Of a stretch of 64,000 nt of DNA, positions 47,761-61,691 are shown piece after piece. Source of the stretch: Narcine bancroftii (taxonomy: Eukaryota). The translations under genes and the position numbers were made by a program. Location: assembly GCF_036971445.1 (NCBI RefSeq), contig NC_091471.1, positions 341,620,001-341,684,000 on the forward strand, read 5' to 3'. Position 1 is the first letter of the stretch; the number at the start of each line of letters is the position of its first letter. The notes under the pieces were generated by a model. That model ran no database searches and had not been told where the DNA came from. It worked only from the letters and a program-made list of their open reading frames with translations.

Positions 47761-49452
47761 TTTGTTCTGCAAACCTGATATATATTGTGGCTGTTAGCTC
47801 AGTCTTTATAATATTTGTATAAACTAGGCCAATAGTTAAATCCTTGGGTCACTGACTTTACATTTACCACATCCAGGTGCTTTCACAGAGTTCTTCCATT
47901 ATCTTACTCATTTTACAACTGAGTGTGACACTGTACACAATTTTAGTTGGTGAACAATTCACAGAGTTCAATGAAATGGCTTTATATTTTCATTCAGATA
48001 CACATCTGTTCATGTATTCATACATTCACTTTAAAAGAGGTTCTTCCAGTACAGATCTAGCAATATCCATCAATGTGATGGGGAAGTCTCCTTTGACTAT
48101 CTATAGAATAAATCATTTGTTTTTCTTAACCAGACATCAAGAGAACAGATTTTAGATGTATCATTTGTCAAATATCTTCTTAACTATCCAGCAGTTGGGC
48201 ATTGTATTCTCTCCTCCGGCAATATAAGTGCTTCACTAAATTTTTAATTGTGCTGAGAGTTTGTGTTTCCCTCAGCCTCTCTGTTCTTCTGTACTCTCCT
48301 TTGTTTTCGGACTGGAGGTGCCCAGATTGGTGCTGTGTCTCATCAGAAGTCAAGCCACGTACCTTCTGGTTGCTCACTGTGCCATTGGGAGCTAGAGTAT
48401 TGCAGTGTCTGACCCCAGCCATTCAGTAATCCAGCCCAAATGTTCTCAGAGTAGCTAGCCTATGGAGTGGCAAGAGTACTAAAGCTGAGAAAAATTAGAG
48501 TTCTTATTCAGGGATTCCAGGTGGGGCCATTCAGAGGTAGGCAGCAGTAAATTTGGTTACCATTACCTGTATAATTATTTACCCAAAATATCAGCCAATG
48601 AGGTGGAGGAATTGTGGGAAAACAACAAAATGAAGTCAGACAATTGGCCCAAATATTTAAAAAAATTGAAAAGTTTTTTTCAGTTTCCTGTTTGTTCCCG
48701 ACTTGATTTAAAAACCCTGCAGATAGTTCTCAGGCCTGCCCTTTTTTGGGGATGGAGGATATTTATGAAGCTACTCTGCCCTCTCATTTCAAAAACAACA
48801 CAGCTGAGAGGAAAAAACCAAGAGTTTCCACATCAATCATCTCTAAAGCAGTCGGCTCACGTGAGTGGTGGTCATGTGATTTTTTTTCTCTCCTGCAACC
48901 CTTCATTCCAACGATAGGCAAGCGATGTAAATTCTGTTGTGGGAATCCAGGCTGCTGAACTTAGGCACAACTTCAGCGAACTCACCAAGCAATGCCCAAG
49001 TGGGTGAGGAGTGGGAGGATAATGCCCTGCATAGATAGCAGATCCTGTGTATAGTTTATCATGAATATCTTGAAGCTCTTCCTCTCCATACTATTCACAG
49101 ATTTTTTTCTTTCTAATATCATCAGTAATTCCAAATTTTGTCGTCGTCCCTTTTCCAAAGATGATGCAAAATGCACATCTGCTGACATGAAGTTTGATGT
49201 GGTTGTCACCATGTTAAAAGAATGCATAAACATTATAACTGCACTGCACATAATGAACATTACTATTTATTCCTAATTTTTTTTCATTATGGCTCAACTT
49301 CCACAGAATCTCATTAGTGAGATGTTAGAATGCACTGTCTCCTTGGCAGCGCAGAGTCAGCTGGCAAGCTAACTTGTTTACAGACACAACGTACCGGGGG
49401 ACCCAAACAATGGACTACATGGCAAATGCAAAAATACATTCTGGCTAGTACT

Positions 49453-50208
49453 CAGTGGTGGATTAACCATTAGGCTGAATAAGCTTAAGCCTAGGGGCCC
49501 AGAAGGGAGGGGGGAAACCAAAAACAAAATAAAACGGTTTAATCGAGTGTACACATGAGTATTTTGGATGATATTTCAGTACTTTTGCATATTTTTTTGT
49601 CAAATCTCGAAAATTGCAAAAACTATTTTATTTTCTAAGTTAGGCTTCAAACATAGAAACATTTATAATTAATGCTTTTAGGACTTCATACTGCAGCCAC
49701 AAGATCGTGTTTACCATGACGACATTTTATTACATCATGAGTTGACGTTAACCTGCGCTTATACTGGTTAAAGACAGGGAGTGAAGCCTATTGGAACATG
49801 AATGCCAGTATTGTGAAATCTATGAAATATGATGGCAAACAGAAACGTTACTTTAGTAAGTCCACGTTTTACCCGCTCCCTTAAAAATGGCGAGAAAATC
49901 AGAATTTGGCTGTGCACAGGTAAGGCATTCTGTTTTAAATGCAAACTGTTTTCAGGTGAAAACCATGCTTGATTACTCTTCAATACCAGTCAGAACATGA
50001 TTACATGAATTCTGGAAAGGGTGGTTGTTAAAATTAAATTTTTTGCTTATACAAGTAGCACATTATACATAGTCGAATGATATTTTATTTAACATAACTT
50101 AACCCCACTTTATTCTATTCAACAAAGGGTGGGCGGGGGGGGGCAAGGTAAGGGGGATCCTTACTAAATCTTAGCCTAGGGGCCTGGGTGGTAATTAATC
50201 TGCCATTG
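49453..50208. mobile_element. Non-autonomous hAT (Tip100-like) element
   Basis: TIRs cagtggtggattaa / ttaatctgccattg, subterminal gcctaggggcc at both ends, 8-bp TSD ctagtact / ctggtact. Confidence 0.85.
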
Positions 50209-51367
50209 CTGGTACTCACACAATTGCAGCAACTGTGCTTCCAGGTGGTTCACTCTTGTTGCCAGTATAAACTGTGGCCAGAAAGCCTTTGATGTATGTG
50301 ATTTATAATTAGATAATTCTACACCAAGTGGAATACTCATTGTTTTGTTTCTTATTACATCCTACATAATGGAAGTGCTTAGAATTTTATGGAGTTTTCA
50401 AGAGGAATTTTATTTTTTTGTTGAATATTTTATTTATAGTCTTTCAAATTTGAACTCCAACAGTTTAAAACTTTATCATTTTCAGTAGTCACAAATCTAT
50501 ACTGATTGCAACTTATTTTTATCCAATCTCTGCAAGGTTTTTCTATCTAGTCCAAGTTTTCAAGAGGAAATTGATACTGAATTCCCTGAAAAGCACTCAC
50601 ATGTGAAAATAAAACAATGGCATGGCCATCGTTAGCAAATTATACCCTAAACCAAATTGATCCATTGTTGATGTTTTCCTTGCAGATTACACACCTTTTT
50701 GCTGATATTTCCCTCACCTCCACAGCTCATCTTTCTTTCGGAGATGAAGGGGTGACAGAACTGTGACAACTTCTGACACAAAACTGAGGCGATCCGCCTT
50801 TGTATTTTACATTTCATTCACCTTGCAACACTGCATGGTTTACCCCAGGTCCTCTGCTTGTGTGACTTGAATTCATTGTTGCCCATGCTGTCGCTGCACA
50901 CCATTTCTTACGCTGATGTTCTGTGCTCACCAAAGTTCCTTCTCAAATAAATGGGTAATTTCCAAGGCCTGTAGAATGGTTTGGCTTGAGTGTTATGAAC
51001 CTTCCTACTGTGCATTTCCATTTATTCCACATACAAAATCAGTGAGTGATCCATAAACTTACAAAAGTTGAAATGCACATGTCAGAGCAACTATATTTAT
51101 CACAAGTTGGAACCACCCCCCTGTGGCCATGATTGTTCATCCTTATCTATGAGGTTGAAATGCTTTTAACTTCTCTTTTACTTGTTTAAAAGGAACAGAG
51201 ATCTGACTATCTTCACTTCCCTTTCAATAATGTTAGTCATCCAAAAGAAACATTTCCATCCTTTCAAGTAGCCATTTAAAGGGCTACTGCACCTTTGTTC
51301 TAAATAGCTTTCTCTGGTAAACAATTAAAATGTAATCTGAGTCTGATTCACTCATGACCAGTCAAAA

Positions 51368-52055
51368 AAAAAGCAATGCTGGAGAAACTCAGCAGGTCAA
51401 AGCGGTGTACTATATATAGCAAAGGTAAAGATACAGAACCCAATCTCAAGCCCAAAGTATTGGAGATATAACACTTTGATGAAGGGCTCAAGCCCAAAGC
51501 ATTAGTTCTGTGTCCACGCTGCTGAAGATCCAGCTGCGCTGGATGGGTCACGTCTCCAGAATGGAGGACCATCGCCTTCCCAAGATCGTATTATATGGCG
51601 AGCTCTCCACTGGCCACCGTGACAGAGGTGCACCAAAGAAAAGGTACAAGGACTGCCTAAAGAAATCTCTTGGTGCCTGCCACATTGACCACCGCCAGTG
51701 GGCTGATATCGCCTCAAACCGTGCATCTTGGCGCCTCACAGTTTGGCGGGCAGCAACCTCCTTTGAAGAAGACCGCAGAGCCCACCTCACTGACAAAAGG
51801 CAAAGGAGGAAAAACCCAACACCCAACCCCAACCAAGCAATTTTCCCCTGCAGCCGCTGCAACCGTGTCTGCCTGTCCCGCATCGGACTTGTCAGCCACA
51901 AACGAGCCTGCAGCTGACGTGGACTTTTACCCCCTCCATAAATCTTCGTCCGCGAAGCCAAGCCAAAGTAATAGAGTACACTGCTTTGACCTGCTGAGTT
52001 TCTCCAGCAATGTATTTTTGCATCAATCACGGTGTCTGCAGACTTTCGTGTTTTA
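51368..52055. mobile_element. Palindromic Penelope mini-element with an RTE insertion (about 51511-51968, plus strand)
   Basis: Inverted arms gctggagaaactcagcaggtcaaagc / gctttgacctgctgagtttctccagc, flanking duplication actcatgac, 135-aa RTE C-terminal ORF inside. Confidence 0.8.
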
Positions 52056-52147
52056 CTCATGACGAATTAAAACCCTCTCTGGGCCTAGGTTCATGTGCTG
52101 AACCCAGACTGACCTTTGGTGTAAATATTATCAAATCAGACTTACGC

Positions 52148-55015
52148 TTTTTTTTTAAACTTTATTTAAAATTTTATAACATATAGGATTACATTTTAAA
52201 AAAATAAGAATAAAATAATAAAATTACAATACAATATCAGTAATCTAAATAAACTATACCCTCCCCAATAATTATTACACATTAATAACCCAACTCAAAT
52301 TAGTCCAACACCCCCTCCCCCCCCCCAGAATAAAGAGTGAAGAATTAATAAAGTTAATAATATATGTGAGGAAAAAAAACCCACTTACAAAAAAAAACAA
52401 AAACATAACCGATTAAAATATTAACAAAAAGAAAATTAATTAATACTAAGATATCAGACTTAAAAAACATATTTAAATCAAACTTAAATGAATATATTTA
52501 ACAAACGGAGTTAAGATGAAACATATATTTAACTCAAACTTAATATAAAAAATTAGTAAATTTAGTAACATTATCTATCAAAAATTCTTAAACAATAATC
52601 AATTCTTAAAAAAAAATTGTAACATGAACAAAAAGATGAAAAAAACTTTCTCTATAGAGATAAACCTTCACCAAATATCAACTAACTTCACATCTATCAT
52701 CATATTAGTCACATAAACCACCATCTTAAAACAAAATTCAAACCTCATTAAGCATTGTACAATTCAATTTTAGTACTCTTCCACCATTTTTCCCTTTTAC
52801 TCTTGAATAGTTATCCAATAAAAGCTCCAATACCACATTTAAATATCCCCAATCATTACGTTAAAATTCAGATATCCAAATAATAAAAACACATCTACAA
52901 CGAAATCTATATCTTCAACAAATGGAGCATAAACCACAAACAAAATTCAAGCCTCATTAAGAATTGTACAATTCAATTTATAACTTTCACCATTATTCCC
53001 TTCGTTCTATAACTAAAATAGCAAAATAATATACACCAGAATTACCACTCCTTTCACCTTAAAGTTAAAGAAAAAATATAAAAAAAACATCCATCCCATT
53101 CACATTTAAATTTCAGATATTCCTTATCTACTGAATAAACTTTACAAAAAAAAAACCACATAAATTTTTAGTTTTTTAAATAATCAAATACTTTCTTATG
53201 CTTTTTTTAATATATTTAAACAAAAATATTCCCTTCACTCTTTAATCTAATAATACAAAAAAAAGGAAAAAAAAACGGGTAGGAGGTTAAAAATACCCCC
53301 TCCCGTCTAAACCGCGCAATGCGATAACTCCGAAAAAAAATGGGTGTGAGATAACTCACACGTAGCAGATGACTTTCAGGAAATAGTGCCTATCCAGTTC
53401 TCTCCCCCAACTCTCACTTCATCTCAAACTAACATCATCATTATTTAATATCCCTTTTTAAAAAAAAACTAGAAAAAAAAGACAACTCTTCTTTTAATCA
53501 GCTCCAACTGCCGAGTCACCATTACAACCATTCCTTCTTGGAGCACGTTCTTTTCTTCCATCTCTTGTCTCCTTAGAGATCGTGGCGGACTATGTCTGTT
53601 GAAACTGAGTAATTGGCAGCTCTTGAGCAAATGCTATAGCTTCCTTTGGAGAATCAAAGAACTTTGGTTGGCAACCATCTTGAAAAACCAAAACAGCTGG
53701 ATATCTAAAGGTTGCCTTGTAACCTTTCTTCCACAACAACTCTTTAGCAGGATTGAATTCCCGTCATTGGAACATAACTTCTTGACTCAAATCCGCATAG
53801 AAGAAAACTCAATTATTTTGAATCATCAAGGGTGATTTTCTCTGTTGTGCATTTCTAATAGCCACTCATAAAATTATTTCTCTGTCATAATAATTCAAGC
53901 AACGAACCAAAACAGGTCTTGGACTTTGACCTGAAATAGGTCTTCTACGCAAGGCTCTGTGAGCACGTTCCAGTATTATACCTTCTGGGAAATGTTCTTG
54001 ACCCAACTCCTGCGGAATCCATTCAGTAAAAAATTTTCTTGGGTCTGGTCCCTCCATACCTTCCGGCAAACCAATAATCTTTATATTGTTCCATCTGGAT
54101 TGGTTTTCCAAATAATCAATCTTTTTCACCAAATTTTTATTTTGAGTTTGTAAGTCTTCGACCATTTTGGTCACATCAAAAACTTAATCCCGTATTTCGT
54201 CTATATCTTCTTCACACAAATTAAATTTATCTCTCACTTCAAGCTTAAAAGCTCCAAACTCAGCCATCTGTTGAGAATGCATTTTCACCAAAGTATTAAA
54301 CCTAATACCAAGTTCAGTCATAATCTTGAATAATCCCTGCATTGTATAAGATAATTTAGATTCAAGATTCACAAAAATCTTTTCAATTGGAAGAGATTTT
54401 GGCTCAACAGATTCCTGCTTCTTCTCCAAAGGATCTTCTATTCCTTCCTTCATTCTGGTTGCCTTCCTTGTAGTATGACTGCGTGTGGAAACCCCAGCCA
54501 CAGCCTCTCCAGCAATGACTGGAGGACGCTGGCCGGGGTTTTCCCCAGTACATAATGTATTAAATTCTCCCAGTACATCAAGTTGTATAGGTTCTTGTAT
54601 CTCAAGAGATGCAGTTTGCAGCGCCACCTCTACAGTTGACAAATGCCTTTGAGTAACTCTTTGTTCTAAAGGCTGTTTGGCGCCCTCTTTAGGGGGCTTT
54701 ACCGATGTAACATAGAGCTCTACATCCGAACACTGTACCTTTCTCCTGGGATCCATTTCACGCTGAGTCCCGGTGTCTTTCCTGTAGATAGGCTCCAAAA
54801 CTTGAACTTTTGGAAAATGTAGTTTTTTGATGATCTGTTGTCGTTTTTTTTGCTCTTTTCCACCAATTGTACCATCATAAGTTAAATTAACAGCACTGAA
54901 GTTATCTAAACTTTTAAAGAATTTTAACGGGCATTTCTAGACAAAACAATAAGATAGAGTCAGGAGAGGACTGGAAGTCACGTCTGATCCTTACGCCATC
55001 TTGCCACGCCCCCCC
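52148..55015 (-). mobile_element. ORF1-only L1 derivative (HAL1-like), full length
   Basis: 5' end gggggggcgtggcaagatggcg, L1 ORF1, about 1.35 kb of non-coding 3' region with a G-tract, AATAAA and poly(A). 15-bp TSD aaatcagacttac(g/a)c at 52133-52147 and 55016-55030. No ORF2 motifs. Confidence 0.85.
53500..54934 (-). pseudogene. L1 ORF1p (coiled coil, RRM, CTD; transposase_22-like), decayed
   Basis: KIDYLENQSRWNNIKIIGLPEG, LERAHRAL, PRPVLVRCLNY, FYADLS, FRYPA. In-frame stops at 54184-54186, 53866-53868 and further downstream. Start codon uncertain. Confidence 0.85.
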
Positions 55016-56659
55016 AAATCAGACTTACACTTGAACAGAATCCTGTATTAAGGCCACAGAACGCATCCAATTTATCCAGCATTGCACAAACCCTGAACAT
55101 GGCAAAATCTTAAACCCTTGCCCTGTGCAAAACCCTTCAGCATGTTTCTTTCTTTTCCTCCTTTTCTTCCAACCAAGCTCTCCAGATCTGTCTCAGAAGC
55201 ATCCTGAATCCAAATCACTCTTTGCAGTTCTTTCTGATCCATTCAGTTTTCCCTCATGTTGAAGGAAACTGCCCCCCTGTGCCTGAAGAGACATAAAATA
55301 CCTAACTGGCTCAGCTTTACTCAACCTAACCTGATGCTGATACATAAAGTTGGCCTAGGGTCAGGTTCTAAACCATATTTAACGTGTCTGTGACTGGAAT
55401 GTCATTTTGCATTGTTCACCACTTCAACAATTACTTGGCTGAAACATTTATTTACTGGTGCCACTATTTTCTTTTCGCTGTGAACCCAAATCTCCACTTC
55501 AGTCTTGCTGCAATTAATCATGAGATTCACAAATTCACCAGTGCAGTCAAGTAGCAACTCATTGCCTTTCAGGACATTGTCACTTTAATGATTGTTCATT
55601 AACATAATATCCATGTGCTCAGTTGTTTCTCTGACAAGGCTTATCATGGAAGGTACAGATTTATACACAGCAGACAAGGTGACATTGGCTGTCTTGTTCA
55701 AGATATTCAGCCTGACTCTCTCTGAAACCTAATAGTCGGCCAGAGAGCGGTTGACTTTATTACATAATCCTTAAAGAGGAAGCAGCCTTAAGATGACATT
55801 CATTATTTACAACTAATATTAGTTCATCTACATTATGCATCATGGGTTTCTGATGTTCTTTTACTCTCCCAGTGATGTACTCAAGGTTTAGCCTAGATTA
55901 TTTGTGTTGGTCTTGATTCTTCTGATGGAAGTTGGTGCTTCAAAAAGCTACATTTTGTTTTTCTCCCTTTTAGTTCTTAAATATTATGCTATGAATGTAA
56001 TTCTGCTGATATTTTCAATGATCATTACTCCATAATTTGACCAGATCTGCAGCTGGGATTTGAAATCTCTGTCTCTCCACCTTCCTCTCTGCATTGAAGA
56101 CCCGCCTCTTCAAAATCCACCTCTTTGATTACACTTTTGATAACCAGTCCTAGCTTATCTTTATATGACTCTTAGGTAAAGCACATTAGAACTTGTTATC
56201 ATGTTAAAGACAGAACTTAAATGCAAGCTGTAGTTATTGACGGGAATATTCATCTGGAGAAAATCAGTCCCTGGTTATATAGAACTTTAAATTTGCTTTT
56301 GATTATTGCATTTAAAAAAACTTTTAAAGCAAGTTGTTGATAGCAAAATTTAGAATTTTTGATGATTAATTTCATTCAGCCTATCCTGGCTATAGAGCAG
56401 AAATTGACCAGCAAACCAAGATGGCCCTGTGTTTAACTTTGTCAGCTTTGTTGAAATGCTGGAAGAATTTAAACCAAGTACAGTGTGTGGACAAGAAAGC
56501 ATGTGTCTGGGAACTGGGTGACCTGGATTTATTTTGTTCAAAGTTCAAATGTATTGTCAGAACACCTACATGGCATCACATGAGATCCTTTTTTCCCCTA
56601 CGGGCCAGGCAGAATTTTAAAGAAAGAAACATAAACAAATTGACAGTGAAATTACAGAA

Positions 56660-57060
56660 ATATAAATATTTAGGCCCGAAACATCAGTTACATATCTTTA
56701 CCTCCTATGGACACTTCAAGACCTGTTGAGTTCCTCCAGCATTTTGTGTTTTTACTATAATCACAACGTCTGCAGACTTTCGTGTTTCACTCTGTTTGAG
56801 TTTGTTGTTCAGGAGTCTGATGGTGGAGGGGTAGCAACTATTCCTGAACCTGGTGGTGTGAGTCTTGTAGCAGCTATACCTCCTTCAAAATGCCAGCAGC
56901 GAGAACAGAGCATGTCCTGCCTGTGTGATGTGGAGCCTTGATAATTGCTTCTGCTCTCCGAAGGCAGCATTCCCTGTATATGTTCACAATGATGGGGAGA
57001 GTTTTGCCTGTGATTATACTGAACCTTGTCCACTATCTTCTTCTAGGACTTTTTGCTCAG
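56660..57060. mobile_element. Penelope pLTR arm (plus, about 56660-56792) followed by a Rex1/Babar 3' fragment (minus)
   Basis: ggcccgaaacatcag...gacctgttgagttcctccagc, then gttcaggagtctgatgg...cctgaacctggtggtg. Confidence 0.6.
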
Positions 57061-58875
57061 AGGTATTGGTGTCCCCATACCCAGGCGAAATTGGGTGCTG
57101 TAATTAAGAATTGTTATCCTGCTGGAGAATGTTGAATGTTGCAGTTCTGTTGAGATAATTTGGGGATTTCCACAATGGAAATTAAGTTTAGAACAAATGA
57201 AAATCCTACTGGAGTGACATGATGGATAAGTGTCCCAGAAATGGGAACAATGTTTTCTAGTTAAATAGATTTTCAGATGCTCACAGTCCTATTTTGTTTG
57301 AAGTAGAGTAAAGAAATTTCCAAGATGCTACAAAGTTCAATGACTACTTGTATGACATCTGTTAAAGTATGGTTTGTTCCAAATGGACAAGTGAGTTAAA
57401 GAATTGTTAGGGTCACTATCGTACATGTGGTAAAATCATAATCAAACCAAACATGCAAAGCATTTATTTTCAGTTACATTCATCTGGATGTCTCAAGCAC
57501 CTCCCCTGAAACAAACATTGATAAAATGGTCCTGTAGCAGTGTTATTCTGAAAGATTGCCCTGGGCAGATTAACTCTGCTGTTCTCTTCAATTCCGGGCA
57601 AGAGCTTTATCTCTGCTCATCATCTTTCCTTATATTTATTTTAGCATTCCAACACAAAATGTTTGAACTTTGGCACATATTGGCATCAAGCATCTGAATT
57701 CTAGAACTCTGATACACCTTATCTGCATCAATCACTCCTCCTAAATTTAACCTGGGAGTACTTAACAAATTACTAATGTGCTCTGAGCATAATTAGTTAT
57801 CTTCTTACAGAAACCAGAACCCAAATGAAGCCAAAACAGTATATAATGTCTCTAATAGTCAAAAAGAAATATTGCGTCTTGCATTCAACAGAGAAAATTA
57901 GGCAAACGCACAGAAGACCCACACAAACTGTTGCTTTTAGACATGTTAAGAATCAATCTTATTTAACTTCATGGTATTTGGAAACAAGATGCATCATTAT
58001 TTTCTGTTTAAGACATAATTTTTCCAGACATTGCTGTTACAATTAAAAATACAAAATGCTTCAAAATAATGTATTAAGTTCCATTTTGTCATGAAGCAAA
58101 CATTTAAAACATTCATGGATGAAAATTCTGGATTTATAATGTAAGCAAATTAATTGCAAAGGAATGGTTATAAACCATCCAAGTATCTATTAAAGAAAGA
58201 ATAATGTTAAAGGTTTTCACCAGTATAACCAATCTAATAAATTTCTTACAGATCTAATGTAGCTTTCATTATTGCACTGTACATCTGATTTTGTTGGGAT
58301 ATTTGAGTCAATCCAGAACATATTAAAAACAACCAGCTGAAGGAGCTCACATTTCTTCTGGTAGAAATGAAACTCAACAGGCTAAGCTCAAGTTGTTGAC
58401 CAGTTGTGCTGTCGATATGACCAGCCTATTACTGGGCATTGTGGAACTTGCGTCTGACCATGCAAATACATCCAATGTTACCTCACCTTCCCATCCGATG
58501 CAAAATTGTAAGCTCTGTGAATATGGGGGACTGCATCAAAATTTGAGTTCATATTGGCTAAATCTGAAAATATCAGTGTCTCAAGAGTGGAGCAGTTTGA
58601 AGGACATGATGAGCTCAGCAGAACCGAGATTCTGATGGAAACTGATTGAACTAAGGCGGGGGTTTCCAAATGTATTAGGTTCTGAGACATACAAAAAAAA
58701 ATATAAGGAGTCACGGGTTAAACATTATTAAGGTCGGCTGTTTTCAACTAGTTATGCTGCAAGAAAAACTGTTTTTAGACCAGAAAACCCCTGTGCCATC
58801 TAAGATTAATTTTCTTGCAAAATTACTATGCAATCCTGCTGAACAGCTTAAATGTTGACATTACAGTTGTTTATT

Positions 58876-60149
58876 TTATTTTTTTTTTTATTTTTTATTT
58901 TTCACACCATAAATCACAATAGCCATGATATACACTTTTTCTTTTCCACACATTTACAGTGACTTTTTCTCCCTCCCCCTCCCTCCTCCCAAGCCACCCC
59001 CCCATCCCCCCCCCCTCATCCATTTTAGTTATACAATCTAGGTTGCATTAATTCAGTTAGACAATGTTGTCATTCAACAAAAATACACCAGAAATTCTAC
59101 TGAGTCCATTCTTTTCTTTTCTTCTCCTTCCATCAACTTAGGTAATGTTTGTTCCCGGTAGGTTTTCGCTATTGTATTTAATGTAAGGCTCCCATACTTG
59201 TTCGAATATTTCAATATTATTTCTTAAACTATATGTTATTTTTTCTAATGGAATACATTTATTCATTTCTATATACCATTGTTGTATTTTCAAATTATCT
59301 TCCAATTTCCAGGTTGACATAATACATTTTTTTGCTACGGCTAGGGCTATCTTAACAAATCTTTTTTGTGCATCCTCCAAGTCAATTCCAAATTCTTTAT
59401 TTTTTATGTTACTTAGGAGAAAGATCTCTGGATTCTTTGGTATATTGTTTTCTGTTATTTTATTTAATATCTGATTGAGATCATCCCAAAATTTTTCTAC
59501 TCTCTCACATGTCCAGATTGCATGAATTGTTGTTCCCCTTTCTTTTTTACATCGAAAACATCTATCAGATACTGTTGGGTCCCATTTATTTAACTTTTGC
59601 GGTGTAATGTATAGTCTGTGTAACCAATTATATTGTATCATACGCAGCCTCGTATTTATTGTATTTCTCATCGTTCCAGAGCATAACTTCTCCCATGTTT
59701 CCTTTTTTATCTTTATATTTAAATCTTGTTCCCATTTTTGTTTAGTTTTACCATTTGTTTCCTCATTTTCCTTTTCTTGCAGTTTAATATACATATTTTT
59801 TATAAATCTTTTGATTAACATTGTATCTGTAATCACATATTCAAGGTTACTTCCCTCTGGTAAACTCAAGTTGCTTCCTAATTTATCTTTCAAGTAGGAT
59901 CTCAGTTGGTAATATGCCAGCGCTGTATCTCCCATTATATTGTACTTATCTCTCATTTGTTCAAAGGATAAGAATCTACTTCCTGAAAAACAATTTTCTA
60001 TTCTTTTAATCCCTTTTTTTTCCCATTTTCTAAAGGCAAGGTTGTCTATTGTAAAAGGGAGTAGCTTATTTTGCGTCAATATTAGTTTTGGTATTTGGTA
60101 ATTTATTTTATTTCTTTCTACATGAATCTTCTTCCATATATTGAGGAGT
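58876..60149 (-). mobile_element. Young L1-clade LINE, 5'-truncated
   Basis: Uninterrupted 313-aa ORF2 C-terminus with CCHC (CFRCKKERGTTIHAIWTC), G-rich 3' UTR, A-rich tail. 17-bp TSD cattacagttgtttatt at 58859-58875 and 60150-60166. Confidence 0.93.
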
Positions 60150-60980
60150 CATTACAGTTGTTTATTGATGTGCTCTCATATTCCAGAGATATTTCTGTAT
60201 CTGCTGCTCTTAAGTGAATAGAATAAAACTCTTTCAAACTCTCATTCAAAAAGCAGTGCAAAATAAAAAAAGCTGGGTGCAAAACAAGAACAAGAGAAAA
60301 GATCAAGGGATAAGACAGTTCCCACAACTTTCAGTGACTATAGCTCATGGCCCAAGTGTCTACTTAATGATTATGATGCAATGTGTAAATCTGCAGATAC
60401 TATAGGTTGTTAAAGTGAACAGACTCATAGTAAATCAAATACACTACCCCTTGACGTCTGTGAAAAAAGTATTCATTTTCCCACCCTATTTAAAATTTTC
60501 AGGGCTCCCTTGCTATTTTCCATCTTTTCTGTTCCATATTTAATCAATTGAGTTAAACATTTTTTTTAACTGAGGTAAACATTTTCACAGATGGTCGAGT
60601 AGCTGTTCAGAATGACAGCAACATCTAACTAAGAAGTTCAATGTTAAAACAGTGTAATTTATTGTTTGAAACCATGTTCTAACAAGCCACTTAAAAATAG
60701 TTAACCGGCCAAGCTGGGCCGTAGTTTGGCCGCCGCTAAACTAAGGGATTCTGTGAAGAGGCAAAAAAAATTGCAACATGATGTGGTCCTTGCCACTGGG
60801 TAAATCTGAAGAGTTGCGCAACCTTAGACTCAGAAACATTAAAAATTAACAAATAAATTCAGTAGTGAATTCAGGCAAGAATTAAGATGTGGAACTTTCC
60901 ATTGTATGGAGTAGTTGAATAGCACAGATAAATTTAGGAGGAAGGTGGATAAGAACAGGAGAGAGAAAGGGTTAGAAGTA

Positions 60981-61380
60981 CAGGTAGTCCCCAACTTATG
61001 ACCATAATGGGAACCGAATGATTGGTTATAACTCAGATTGGTCATAAGTCGGATTTGCTCCACCACGTATGCCTGAGAACATGCAACATTCAACAAATGA
61101 ACCTTTAATGGAGGCCTTGGATGGCCGTGGGAGTGGGGAACAGGGACCTCGGGCTGCCAGGGGGAACAGGAACCTCGGGCGGCAGTGGGGAATGGGGACC
61201 TCAGGCTGCCACTGGTAAAAGTGAACTTCAGGCTGTCACAGGGAGCGGGAAGTTCGGGTTGCCGGCAAGAGCTGAGATCACTGTAGACAGCACTTTTAAT
61301 ACAAAATGTATACTTGTTCAGTAGTTGTGCAAGATGCAGGTGGACGTAATTCGTGTAGGTCAGAAATTGAGGACTGCCTG
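60981..61380. mobile_element. Tc1/mariner (Tigger/pogo-like) MITE
   Basis: 23-bp imperfect TIRs caggtagtccccaacttatgacc / ggtcagaaattgaggactgcctg, left TA target, internal GC-rich tandem units of about 24 bp at 61130-61270. Confidence 0.75.
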
Positions 61381-61459
61381 TTTATTGCGGTTGGGTGAGA
61401 TGATGTTGGGAGGGAGGAGGTGTTATGCAGTGCAGACACCAAAATAGTCTCAAGGGCTG

Positions 61460-61691
61460 TGTAGAGCACGTCGAAAGAATCAAAGGCTGGTTGATCCAAA
61501 CCAAAGCTTTTATTAACTAGAAGACTGGAGTGTATCACATGTAGGTTGACCAGTCCAGAATGACCTGATCTGGCTAGGAGCAACCCTTGAAGACCTGCCA
61601 GTAGGCGTGGCTATGCACTCAGCCGATCACAGTCATCTTAAACTGCGATCTGTACATATACACATCGGGTGATAGAATCCATACTATCACA
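61460..61691 (-). mobile_element. Solo LTR (232 bp)
   Basis: tgt...aca ends, 5-bp TSD ggctg (61455-61459, 61692-61696), AATAAA on minus. Confidence 0.85.

Noticed and set aside
48300-48350. CUGAUGA...GAAA on the minus strand (possible hammerhead)
   Set aside because: Stem II does not pair properly and stems I and III are not evident.
48982-49260. Minus-strand ORF ending at a gtgagt donor-like site
   Set aside because: Weak acceptor and unrecognisable peptide, so there is too little support for an exon.
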